From NCBI GenBank assembly GCA_036172245.1, contig JAYWIR010000026.1:1364001-1428000 (forward strand): a stretch of 64,000 nt of DNA, given 5' to 3'. Made by a program: the position numbers and the translations under genes. Position 1 is the first letter of the stretch. Each line of letters opens with the position of its first letter. Source of the stretch: Raillietiella orientalis. Its lineage: Eukaryota. Below, piece by piece: positions 48,101-59,500 of this stretch. A model generated the notes under the pieces. The model made no database searches and had not been told where the DNA came from. It worked only from the letters and a program-made list of their open reading frames with translations.

Positions 48101-51100
48101 CTACCTTTTGTCGATACCTGCCCACCGCTGCCATCTCAGTCCAGAGTGTGCGATGGCCATCTCGTTGGCAAGCGGTGGGATTTCCGCAGCTGTGGGCACT
48201 GTGCGATCATCGCAGCTTCTCAACAGGTACCCGTCCCTTAGCCACGCATTACCATCTTTCCACGAAGAGACTTCCGTTCGTTGAACGGCGTTTCCCAAAA
48301 TAGGTGTATCGTGGAAAGAATCTGAGACACCACTTCGAAGAGATATCAGGTGATGCGAAATAGATGTCGGAATCTCCTCGGAGGCACCGAGAGGAACGCA
48401 GAGATCAGACGTTGGAGCCGCTCTTTTGGATTTGCACGTCGGGTCTTTTTTCGTTCTACAAAAATCTCAGATTCCCTCAGATTTTTTTCTACCGTTCCGT
48501 TCTAATTGGCATTCTTGATGGGTTCCTCCCCCTTCTCGCAGTTGGAGCTCCATTCCGCCAGATGGGTGGTCGCTTCTTCCTATCTTGGAAAGGGGTAGCC
48601 GGCTTTCCTTCCACCCGGAGACAGGACATTTGGAGGCGTTCTCAGCCTGTTTGGTTTCCCGATTCCGTCCCCATTCTTCTGATTCGCTCGTCAAGGACTC
48701 AGGTAGCTGCTGCAGAAGGAACTGGATGATAAATCCTTCCCACTCTGCCTGTCGGATTATCTGAATGGAGCAGAACGTGATCTCGAAACGATCCGGCGTT
48801 GACAAAAAAGCAAAAAGAGCATTTCGCGTGATTTCATTGCAGATGGCCCCGAGGAGGCAAGCTGTAGGCTCTGAGGTCAGGTGCAAGTTCAGAAACAATG
48901 ACACTGTGGAATCATGAGGCCTCGGAGGTTCAAAAACCACTGTCTGGGACTGGCATCATCATCTGCTGCCAGAAACCGAAGGACGGCCATTTTTCATACC
49001 TGCCGAATCCTTAATCGTCTTTCGCCGTGCCTCCTGCATGTCTGAGAACGTTCATCTCGCACCGGGTTCCCCTCTGGAGTCTTCCCGCCTCGTCCGTTCC
49101 CTTCCTCCTCGTTCTTTATCGAGTCTGCCCTCTGATTCTCCGCTCTCTTTCCTCTTTCCTGTCCGGCGTACGAGAGCGCTGTACGCGGAATGTGCTTGGC
49201 ACGATGGTGCTCTTAGATCGAAGAAGCCGAGCTCGATTCCTTCCTCCGACTTTCCGGTCGAAGCGGCTAACGGACTCAGCAGTCCCCTTGACATTCCTTG
49301 CCTCTTCGTCTCTGCTTCGGAACTGACCCGTCGTCCTCCATTGGTTGCTACAACCACTCTTTGTCGAGTCTGCTCGCGGACCATTTTTTTTGCCCCTCCC
49401 CTGAGCTTTGTTTGCGAAGACGAGGCTCCGAGCTAAAAAGCTCTCTTTTTCGAAACATCAGCGAGAAGAAACGGGTCCGTAGCTGCGCCCTCGTGTCGGC
49501 AGGTCTGTGCAGGTTTCCGTAAGCCATGAACCGCGGTCGACACAACGGGTCTTTGGGATCGAATCAGAACTGCATCTCATTATGGTGGCAAGCAGAGATG
49601 TAAAGTTCGTGGACTCCTCCTGACGCTGGGGTTCGGTAGTTCGATTCGTATGGAAGGTTCTAGGATGAGTATGGATCATTAAGTAGAACTCTGGACATAT
49701 AGAAGTGTATATTATGTAGAGAGCTATATGGGACCTTGGAGTGAATCCAGGGGCTATGACCAGAGCATGAGTTCTCATAAGGTCAAAGCAGACGATCACG
49801 GTCAATACGATTTGTTAATGATAGCGATGCAGGGGTGCCGCCTTCTTCGAAGAGGCGGCGAAAACGGCAGGGGAGTTGCGGGGGACTTTGGAAGACACAC
49901 GGTGCTTCCTGAGCATCACTATTGTCGCTAGAGAAAATGCTAGAAATCAAACCACTGCCTCACTTATGGAAAGCTCCATGTTCAGGGAAGAGCCTCATGT
50001 GGCCGATACCGGTTTCTTGCTGAGCACTGAGCATGTTGGAAAACCATCGTGTGAACTGCCTCGGAGGCGACTTCATGAAATCCCATCTTCGGGAATAAAC
50101 TCTCAGAGCTGCTCCTGGAGTTCGATCCAGTTAGTTCGAGCAGCTGCGCTTCACTGTTGGAGTCCATGCTGATGAGGCTGTCAGTCTGCAGCCCAAGGAT
50201 TCCCATCCCTTTAAAAATGAACTCTCAAGTTACTCCTGCGTTGCCGCCATCCTCATGAAAGGGGGAATCGCTCCTGGATGCGTCGCAGTTCTCTGGATCG
50301 GATCGCTATACATCCCGGCTTACGTATTGACACGTCGGCTTCCTGATTACTCGAATCTAATCAGAATTGGTCTTTCCTTTAAATTTCATTCCGAAAGGGA
50401 ACGTGGCCCTTTCCATTCCCCCCCCCCCCCTCTCTTCCTGCCCTTTCCTAGAGTTGGAAATGATTTAGAAATATGTTAGAAACAAACATTCAGTTAGAAA
50501 CATGCGCTGGATGAGGGAAGAGGGATCAACAGAGGGGATCAACAAAAGCGGAAGCAACCACCACAAAGTACTCACGCAAAACTGCTTGGACTGGACTCTG
50601 AGGGTAGAGGTACATTTTTCTGAAACGAAATGACGTCGACACGCCTCAGGATCTAAGGGAAGCCCGAGATGCTTCTCGCAATTTTCCTCATTTCGCGAGC
50701 CATGGATATACAATCCTTCGTCCTTCTTGCTCACGATCTGCTCCCTGATCGGAGTCAGCTGCTTTCGAAACGGGCATGGACTGAGGAACAGTTCCTCCAT
50801 CGTTTTATTCATGACCGTCACGGGAGGAGCACAGTGGTCGTCAGTGTGCCGAAAGCTCGCGCTCGAGGGATCCTGTATCATCCAGGAAAGATGACGCAAA
50901 CACAGCCCAGGTCGATTCTCAAGTACGAAGAGGAGGAGGCGTCGGTTTCCCTTCCGTGTTCGAAAACGATGACCAGAGAAGGGTTGACGCTCTTGTTTTG
51001 AGGCAGCGAAAGCCACGGAAGACGAATCTCCTTCCCACTCCAACTCAGCTGCCGTCTCGCGATTAGGCCCGTTCAGGTTCATGAGGATGTAGCTTCCGGG

Positions 51101-51639
51101 ATTTTCTGTTTCTCCGGAACGACACCTGCCAGCATCGCATCTCCAGCATAGAATTGTTCTTTTTTTGGTCTAAGTACTCAAGTGCTCAAAAAGCGCTCAA
51201 GGGCTAAGTACTCAAGAGGTGTCTTTCACCTTGTGACTCACGCAGCTCTTTAACACTGTCCCACGCCACCAAAGGGTGCGTGCGGTAACTCTTTAAGTTG
51301 TGGAGTAACCCAGGAGCGGACCACCCTGTGAATTCAGAGAGAGCTCCGAAGAAGGGAGCCCCGTTCCTCTCACGCCTGGGGAGGGAACCCCAAAGGGAAC
51401 CATTTCTTCCTTATTTTCTCTGGAGAGATTCCTCGGAAAGGATCTGATCCTTGTTGAGAACCCGAAGAGACGCTTCCTCGTTTTCTCTGAAGAGTCGCTC
51501 ACGAAGGGGTTAGAGTGCTCCTTCACACTCTGGAGAGGTATCGATCCACCAACTCCATGGTACGAGATGAAGTACGGCTCCATTTGCACGATCGGAGGGG
51601 TGCCTCGAAGGGAACCGACTCCTTGATTTCTGGAAGGAC

Positions 51640-51830
51640 CTCAGAGGGTCGACTTCCAATCCCGGCCACTCATCGGGGACATCGGGGAGTTTCCACGCAC
51701 CCGAAGCCCGTGAGTCCAGCGTCATTCTGTGAGAGGGGCACTAGCACCCGCAACGCAGCCATTTCTCTGGAGTCGATCGTTCTCCCAGGCGGGATTTGAA
51801 CCCGCAACGCTTGGCACCACACGCGGGGCC
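51640..51830 (-). mobile_element. tRNA-derived SINE or pseudo-tRNA fragment
   Basis: The minus strand reads GCGGGTTCAAATCCCGC (51789-51805), a perfect T-arm and B box, but I cannot form a D arm, anticodon arm or acceptor stem. Confidence 0.5.
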
Positions 51831-52677
51831 AATGGTCTCCAACGCGGGGTGATCTTTGCAGCTGTGGCGGACGCCCAGTGGGCCCATTTTGGTAAGCAGA
51901 ACTGGCGCTGTGGGATGAACCAAACGTTGAGTTACGGTGCACGATGCGACGCTCATCAGATCCCATGAAAGGTGCTGGTTGCTATGGCGAACAGGACGGT
52001 GGCCATGGAAGTCGGAATCCGCTAAGGGGCCACTCACCTGCAGCGACTCACCTGCCGAATTAACCTGAAGATGGATGGTGCTCAAGCGTCGAGCCTGAGC
52101 CCAACCTCCAGGACAGAGCCGTTCCTGCCCTTTCGGACGTGTTCCGGAAGACGGCAGGTTCCACGGGTTCCGGCGAGTGGGAGTGTCATAACGGTGCTCT
52201 CAGAAAGGTTTGGGCGCGAGCTCGCCTGGAACCGCCGTCGGTGCAGATCTTGGTGGTAGTAGCAAATACTCCAGTGAAATCTTGGACTCCTTGATTCCTA
52301 AAAGGACCCCTGCGGGGTCGACTTCCGATCTTCCTTCCCAACACGGGCTGATCTTTACAGCTGTGCAATTCGAGGGGATAGAAGCCAAATATCCTCTGGC
52401 TTTTCCAGCTCGCCATGCATTCCAAGAGCAGTGCGCCTTCCCACCCTTCTCAGGGTTGAGCCCATGGGAAATGCTCACTAAACTGTCTGCTTTTTTCTCT
52501 GTGGTGGTGGACCTTGCAACCGTTCGCGCTCTCTGGCCTCGTTGCCTGGAGCCCGCCTCTTCGTTTTTCGGTATCCGAAACGATCCACTTCTGATTCTCA
52601 CAAAGCGGGATGGCGGTTGGTTCCGACCAGACATCACCCCGTCGCAGCTTCCGCCCAGGACTGGGATGCCACCCGCG

Positions 52678-52715
52678 TGGTGGTGGTGGTGGTGGTGGTG
52701 GTGGTGGTAGTAGTA
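52678..52715. repeat. (TGG)n(TAG)n microsatellite
   Basis: Direct reading. Confidence 0.9.
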
Positions 52716-55700
52716 GGACGGCTCAGCATGGCGAAATTCCGATACGTTCACAAGCGCGCAAACTGCTGATTCGTTAACAGCTTTGGCGCCTTCGATGGGC
52801 GCCATCTGTGTGGCAGCAGCCTGCTTCCCGATCAGAACGTCTGCAGCGTCGCCCCAGACATCGCAAAGGGAGCGGAACTTTACGCCGGCCGTGCTCGACT
52901 CCAAGGGAACGTTAGCGTTCCGCCCGTACGTGCACTTTCGGTTTCGACTTTGGATCGTGCAAGAATTCAAAGTGGCGAATCGATCAAAGTCCCAGGAAAC
53001 CTGCAGATGGCTTCCCGTCGCAGGAGGAGGAGGGGAAAAAAAAAAACATCCAGGTTACGCCTCTCTGGCACGATAAGAGAACGAAATCAAAATTTTGGGG
53101 GAGATTCCGAACACGAATCGTAAAAGTGTTGCTCTCGTTGGGGGGGGGGGGTCCCAGAGCTGCCCATCCGAGATCTACAACTTCCCGCTTTTCCCTGTTC
53201 ACCCTGCGGAAGCACGGCGCTTTCAATAGGGGGGAGGAGAAAGGCGAATGGTCAGTTTCAGTGAGAGAGTGTTGCCGCCTTTGCTGGCATGCAGGAGCAC
53301 CATCTTCCTCCCTCCCCCTCCCCCCCGACATTTACCCGTCGAATGTCTTCCGGAAAAGACGCTTCTCCTTGACTTTTTTTGCCCTTTCCTCTTCACTCAC
53401 GGTCGCGGGACATCCGCAAAAGTTCAAGACTTTTCCCTTTTTCTCCAGCTCGTTGCTCCGGGTGCCGCTGCGTCATGACTGTTTGACGGGCGGGTGCCCC
53501 GGCAACGCCTCCTCTGCGCCCTACTCGATCCCTCTTCCTCGATCGGCTTTCAGCCTCCTCTGCTGTCTTAATAAAGCGGCCGTTCCTTTCACCTCTTACC
53601 GGTGTCACCTGACGATCCCACACACCCTACTTCCCTATTCCTATTTTCGATACCTCATCGTGAGTGCACGGAGATTTATGGCATCCGGATGATTTATCTC
53701 TCACGAGCAGGCTCCACCGGATAATGGGAAAGAACCGCCTCGAGATACCTCCCCCTCGCCCTGGGGTTCCTCTGGGCACCCGCCCATCAAACTGCCGTGA
53801 AGTTTGATTTGTCCTCCCCCTTCTCCCTCGGGAAGAGAAGCTGTGCCCGGAGGAGACGAGCCATTCGAGAGAAGGAGGCGCTCGGAGGGCGAGGGGTGAC
53901 CGTGAGGAACGCAGTCCTTCCCGGGCTCAGTGCGAACGCGGCGGGAGGCTTCGAGAAGGGGAAAGTCGGGCCACGACTTCTGTCCCTCCGGAACAGGATT
54001 TACGTGGGGGGGAGGGGAGGAATCGGCCGTGCTTCCGGTGAAGAGGAGGAATCTCCAAGGCGCGCGCGTGTGTGACGTGCCAGAGGGAACACGAGCACGG
54101 CGGCGCTGCGCGCCTCGCGCGCCGGAAACGAGCGAGCCCAATTGCGAGCGTTGGATCTCGATCCCGCGCGCGCGACACGGGTGACTGGGAGGTTGCTAGG
54201 CGAACAAAGGGAGCACGAAGGGTGTGATTTCGAAGATAACGAACCGCCGTGACAGCGCTCGCTGAGCATCCAGATGAAGAGGCAGCCTCCGATCCGTAAT
54301 TGCCGTAATTGCCAAATCCGTTATAGAAGAGCCATTATAGAAGCAAAAGATTTCTCGCCAATCACCTTGGACGCGCGGGACGAGTTGGCTGCTAAGAGCG
54401 AACCTCCCTAATCCAGCGATATCCGCTCGAAATTCCAAAAAGGAGAAACCGGTGCACCGAGCGGCGCCCTCGGTCAGGAGGAACTGGAAGCGCACGTCCC
54501 GAATCTCGAAAGAAAAGAAGAAAAAAAAAACTTTAGACGTTCAGGAGGAAGGAGGAGGATAATCTACCGAGGGAGGGAACTTAGCATCCGAGCGAGCAGC
54601 GGTCAACGCACTTCTCAGCGTGCAGCAGTGTCCTCGCTCCCGCGCTCGTCTGCCGAAAACCAGGCGAACGCTCAAGATCAGCGCCATCCTTCCGTCCACT
54701 CCCCTGGCCTCCCTTTGCAACGCCGCTGCGACGAGAACCCGCAGTTCCCCTTCCCGCAGAGGAGTCCGGACTGACAGGAGTCCGACTCGTTTCGGACACG
54801 CGTGTTCGCTTGGAACGGGACAAGAGAGAACGAACGCCTGCTAGACTTTCTCCCCGTCGCCACCTCCTCGACCTCCCTTCCTCCAGGAATTCGTTCGCCG
54901 TGTGGATCCGAGGGCCTCACGTTGCTTCCCGGCTCCCTCCCAGGGATTTCGAAACCCTCTGGCCGGAGTTCGTCAGTCCGAGCGGCTGAGCACGCCACGG
55001 GGTGGCTGGCGGCGAAGAGCTGCTCTCGCGTCGCGCGCGCTCCGGGCAGGAGAGGGAGGTGGCAGGACTGAAGACTGACTGCTCGTTAGCAGGGGAGGCA
55101 CAGGCGGGACCAACGCGGGATGCTCGACTCCTCCGGCAGCAGCAGGGGAAGATGGGCGGGCAACAAGCTACAGGCGTTTGTCGGAGGCAAGATGGAAGGG
55201 AGAAGGAGAATCCAAACAGAGAATCAGTTCACGCTTAGTGCTTGGCAACCGGAGGGTACGAACGGCGAACAGGGAATCCCTCTGAACCTCCGTTGTCCCT
55301 CTCTGTTCCATTCTCCACCAGAGGCTGTGGTCTTATGGTGATTTACTCATCTCGGTCGGTGTTCCATACTGCAGTCTCAGCGGAAATCCCTAAAAACAGC
55401 ATGTGCAGGAGCACACCGTCTCTTTCCCGATGCGTTCTTTCGGTCATCGCTCCTCCCTCTTCCTCACGACCCTCGACTCTCTCAGGACTTCGAGGAAGGT
55501 TCAAATCGCGCAAACACCACGAGCAGAAATTAAGGACGGCCCCGTCCTGCCTCTCAGGATGGCCTTTCGGCGACTGGACCGCATCCGATTCATTAGCCTC
55601 CGGGAAGCCGAGCCAGCTGAGTGGATCCGTGTGGTCTGAAAAATGGACTGCGGATCGGAACGCCGCCGTTCTTCGAACCCTTGAAGAGTTCTCCCTTGCT

Positions 55701-56109
55701 GCTTCAAGAGGGTTTGAAGAGCAAGGGAGAACCCTCGGTCTTGGGATGGTTCCCGTGACCCCTTGATGTGATCTCTCTTCTCTCCTTCCCCTCTCCCTCT
55801 GCATCGTTGCCTCAGCATCACCGTCACCACCATCGCTCCGAGGAAGCGTGCCGTTCCCTTCATGGAGAGCCCTTCTGAGAAATTTTGGCAGCGTCCCTTC
55901 GGGTTTCCCTTCAGAGGAGCAGACAGGAGCGGTTTCCTTGCGGGTTTCCTCCGTAGTTGCCATCCGGTCACTCCCGGGAGTTTATTGATAACAATAAACC
56001 CTCAACATTTGTGGTATGAGGTCCCATTAAGGACAGTTCAACAGTGGACCTGCCGGTACGTAGACCGGCTGCACTGACCTCGGCAGCAGAGGGTAATGGG
56101 AGAAGACCA

Positions 56110-57000
56110 AAAGAAAAATAACATAAAACAATAAATGAAAATAAATAGAAGTACTCTGGAGAGTCGGGAGGAAATGACTTCTCGCTGGAGGGCATATGCG
56201 TCCGTTCTAGTATGCCAGAAAGGTCCGTCCGAATAACTCCCAGTGGGGTCATCTGGTTGCTATCCGCAGGAAGCGAACTGCGAACTGTATGATCTTCTTC
56301 CTTTTCTACGTTTGTTCTTCTTCTATCGGCTTCTCTCCGTGCTGCCACGATCCCGCGGATGCAGCAAAGTGCTGCCAGAATTGCAGCTGGCTTTAGAGCG
56401 TCCCGCAGGTGGAGGAGCCGTAAAACTTCCCTGGAGGGAACTGTCAACCGGGATCTGGAGAGTTGCTGCAAAACGTTTCCATACGGGCCAGAAAACAACG
56501 CAATCCACTAGCAGGTGAGGGAGAGATTCACGTTCCCCGCACCTGTGACAGTCCGAGATCACTTCCCCAGTGTCCAGTGATCCAGGGAAGACGCAGTGCA
56601 GCGGCAGACTCCTTCCACTTCAGGGGGAAGGTACTCGTGTCCTTCAGCACTGGGGGCTACTACAGGTCTTCTGATCTAATGCCAAACAGCTCGCCTCCAG
56701 CGTTGTATTCCTCGTGGAGGGACACTCTGGGTCACTGCATCTGCCAGCTGTCCCATGGTCCAACCACTTCGGAGAAGAAATTTCTGTTTGCGGATCCTTT
56801 CCTAATCCCTTTCGGAGAAGTAAAAAATGGAGCTGTGATACAAACCGTGTATTTACAGTTGAAGGATAGCATCGCTTTCGCCAGACTGCAGGCCGGTATG
56901 GTCAAGGCGGGGGAAAGGTCGCGGAGGACCCCTCGGGGGTCCTTTCGGAGAGAAGAAGGAAGGAGATTCCCTTCGGTGTTCCCTTCGAAGACAACCAGGG
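56110..57000 (-). mobile_element. L1/Tx1-like LINE 3' fragment; best-preserved zinc knuckle in the window
   Basis: AVWH*IRRP...HWG, then DCHRCGERESLPHLLVDCVVFWPVWKRFAATL (core 56550-56500), followed by a T-rich tail (A-rich on the + strand, 56108-56150). Confidence 0.75.
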
Positions 57001-57080
57001 TGGAGGGTTTCCCTTCGGGAATCCTTCCCCAGGCGTGAGAAACGAACTCCCTACTCCGAAGACATTCCTGGATTCATGGG

Positions 57081-57245
57081 GTGGTCTTATGGTGGTTTCC
57101 TCATCTCGGTCGGTGGTCCATCCTGCAGTCTCAGCAGAAATCCCTAAAATGAGCGTGAGCGGGGTGGTACCCCTCCCATGACTTTAAGAGTAACACACAC
57201 TCTCGTCAGGTAGCATGGAACAGCATTGAAGAGCTGCGTAAGCCT
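57081..57245 (+). repeat. SINE-like interspersed repeat; partial copies at 55327-55395 (+) and ~51236-51310 (-)
   Basis: 57081-57149 matches 55327-55395 at 64 of 69 nt; ~57170-57245 matches the reverse complement of ~51236-51310; the head has an A-box-like TGGTCTTATGG. Confidence 0.65.
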
Positions 57246-57269
57246 CTGCCAGCCGCGCGACGGTTCTTG

Positions 57270-59500
57270 AGGTATTTAGCGAACCATTACGTTCCAGGAA
57301 ACATTGGACACACCTCTCTTCGTCGCAGCTCGTGGTCACCTTCCTGTTTCTGGGACGGCCGTACCTTGACTCGATGCACTCTAGAGGAGAGCACCGCTAG
57401 AAGAGGGCCGCAGCGTGAAAGCAGGCAGAGAATGGACCAGCCTTCTTCGCCTCCCTACCTCCCCCCGTATGACCAGTGGATTCTCACCGATCGTGAAGAC
57501 CAGTGGACGTTCGAAGTCATGGTGCTCGTGGGGAAACGTCAGGATCAGGCTGTTCCCGCTGAACCTCTTCTCTTCGGACCAGCTTGCTCAGCTTGTTGAC
57601 CGACAAGAGGAGCTGGATGGATCTGAGACGCGGAAATCCCTTTCTCGGGCCTTTTCTCCGCTCCAGAAAGCTCACACGTATCCTGAGAGACCGGAGCAGG
57701 GTTTGTTCTAGATGCTGCCTGCATCCGATCCCGGAGAGCAGGAATTCCCGGACGCTGCTGCTGCTCGCCAGTGGTCCCTGTCGAAGGAAATCCCTGAAAC
57801 GGGTAGGTGTCGGATCTTCGAAGGGTAGGGACCCTTTTTCTCAAAAGTTCCTCTGAGAGTCGCTGCGGGCTCGCGGAAGCCAGAGGTTAGCCTGAGAGCC
57901 GAACCGTTGCCCCACATCAGTTCGCCAAACGGGCAGGGCAACGCCCCAGAAAGAGGAATAAGCTCATTTTGCGAGGACACTTTCGATGGAAGTGGTCAGT
58001 CGAGAATCCTGGCTTCGCACTACTTCTTTCTGGAGGGCAAGGAAATGTGCAAAAGGGGCTGGCGAAGATGGCATTGCTGTTGCGGCGGCGTATCCGAAAT
58101 GAAAGAGGAAACCTTCGACGGCACCTCACTAGGTAAAGGAAAGCAAAAATGCGGAGGGAGGCGGTTCCTGGAAGCCTCTGGTGCCATCCGCGGCAAGGGA
58201 GGCGCACCCTTGCACGGACCCCGACGCTGACCATCCCACGGCGAGCAGCGGAGGGGTTGTTCCAAGGTTGATTCGACGGCGCAGGATCAGCGCGGCAGAA
58301 GACGATGCACCAGACCATCGATCAGCAGCCGCGTAATAACGTGACCGACCTGCGACTTGAGCGATCCATCAGCAAGAACAGAAGACTCCCAAGGACTCAA
58401 GGAAAATCTCAGCTAGGAGGCTGGCCAGCCGGTCGCAATGCGAACGCAGGAAGGCAAGCATGCTCTCGGTGTCGGCACATGCCGATGAGGGGATGCCGGC
58501 GGCACGCACGCCGCAGGGAGGAGGAGGGGAGGGGTAACTGGCAGGTGGGCAATCTTGGAGGGGGAAAACTGCCGGAACTCTCGTGGGGATTCCTCCATTC
58601 CGAAAGTCCAGCCCGATCGATCAAAGCCGGCAGAGGCGCGCGCGCTCTTCCTGGGAGCTTTCGATGAAGAGGGTGACACTCGCGCTGGAGGCTGCGCAGA
58701 ATCTTCCCGGCAGCAGGGGGGAACCGTCCGATGCACGGCTTTTCCAGGTGAAGGTTTCTCCATCTCGCGGCAAATGAAGGAGATTAAGATCAATTAGGAA
58801 CCGAGGAGCGCACCTGAGTGAGGGTTGCGTCCCAGAGCGATTTGGAAAGGTGGCTCCCTCTTCGTCGAAAGTGAAACCCAATTTTCTGCAAATTGCCTCC
58901 TTCGTCATCTCCGCGTGGCGAGCAAAAGCACAGACCCCCCCCCCTCTTCATCAGAATTTGTGCCCAGCGGTGCGTGAAGACAACTCTTGCTACGGATAAG
59001 TGGTCAAACAAGAGGAAGACAAGCGCAAGCTGCTCCAGCCCTCCGACGTTCGTGGTCATTCCGAGATTCCCTCTCCGTGAAGGCCAATGGGAAGAAATTC
59101 AAAGAATTCTGAGAAGCAGGGAAGCGAAGGAAAACAGGAAGGAGGACGTCGGGATCTGGATGATGCAACTCTGGATCTTGATTATGCCCATCAGTTCGAC
59201 ACGGCCAATCAAATGGGTGGGTGTGGGGGGTGGGTCAAGTTGAACTCCCCGTTCCTGAGCAGCCACCAGTGGGGATCGGCAGAAGCAAATGTGGAGGCTC
59301 CCGAAGAGTCAATGGAGGTTCATCGCGATGGAGTGCTTCCGGTGGCTGAGTACCTGGGAAGCGTCTCTTCAAACCACGTCTTCAAGCCTCGACTCTTTCA
59401 TCTTGGATAGGGGAAGGGGGAAGTGCCGGGCATCTCGACTACTATGTCTTACCAACCAATCAGCGATCGGTTCTTGGAAAAGGAAGGGTGCTGGCAAGGA
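57270..59500 (+). mobile_element. Interrupted, decayed RT fragments of a LINE
   Basis: CFWDGRTL (~57345) and GKRQDQAVPAEPLLF (~57530-57575, like RQGCPLSPLLF); later DDATL, VKLN and VAEYLG (59158-59360, like YADD, LN..K and KYLG). Confidence 0.45.

Larger units (their letters stand above)
47950..52950 (-). mobile_element. Cluster of decayed LINE fragments (EN, RT and zinc-knuckle pieces), probably from several elements
   Basis: LCDVW (~52860); MASWKSQRIFGFYPLE (~52400, like GKSPG.DG.P.E); HCAP..KTMEELFLSPCP (~50800); NRYRP (~50005); GFTP...IIYTS...TFHTNR..RQ (~49620-49750); WK..LSKIGR (~48590); SYSDH (~47970). Each match is weak on its own. Confidence 0.4.

Noticed and set aside
51781..51850. 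Functional tRNA gene
   Set aside because: Only the T-arm is present; no cloverleaf can be formed.
52200..52970. Poly-His / poly-Trp ORFs
   Set aside because: Produced by the (TGG)n microsatellite inside a decayed LINE region.
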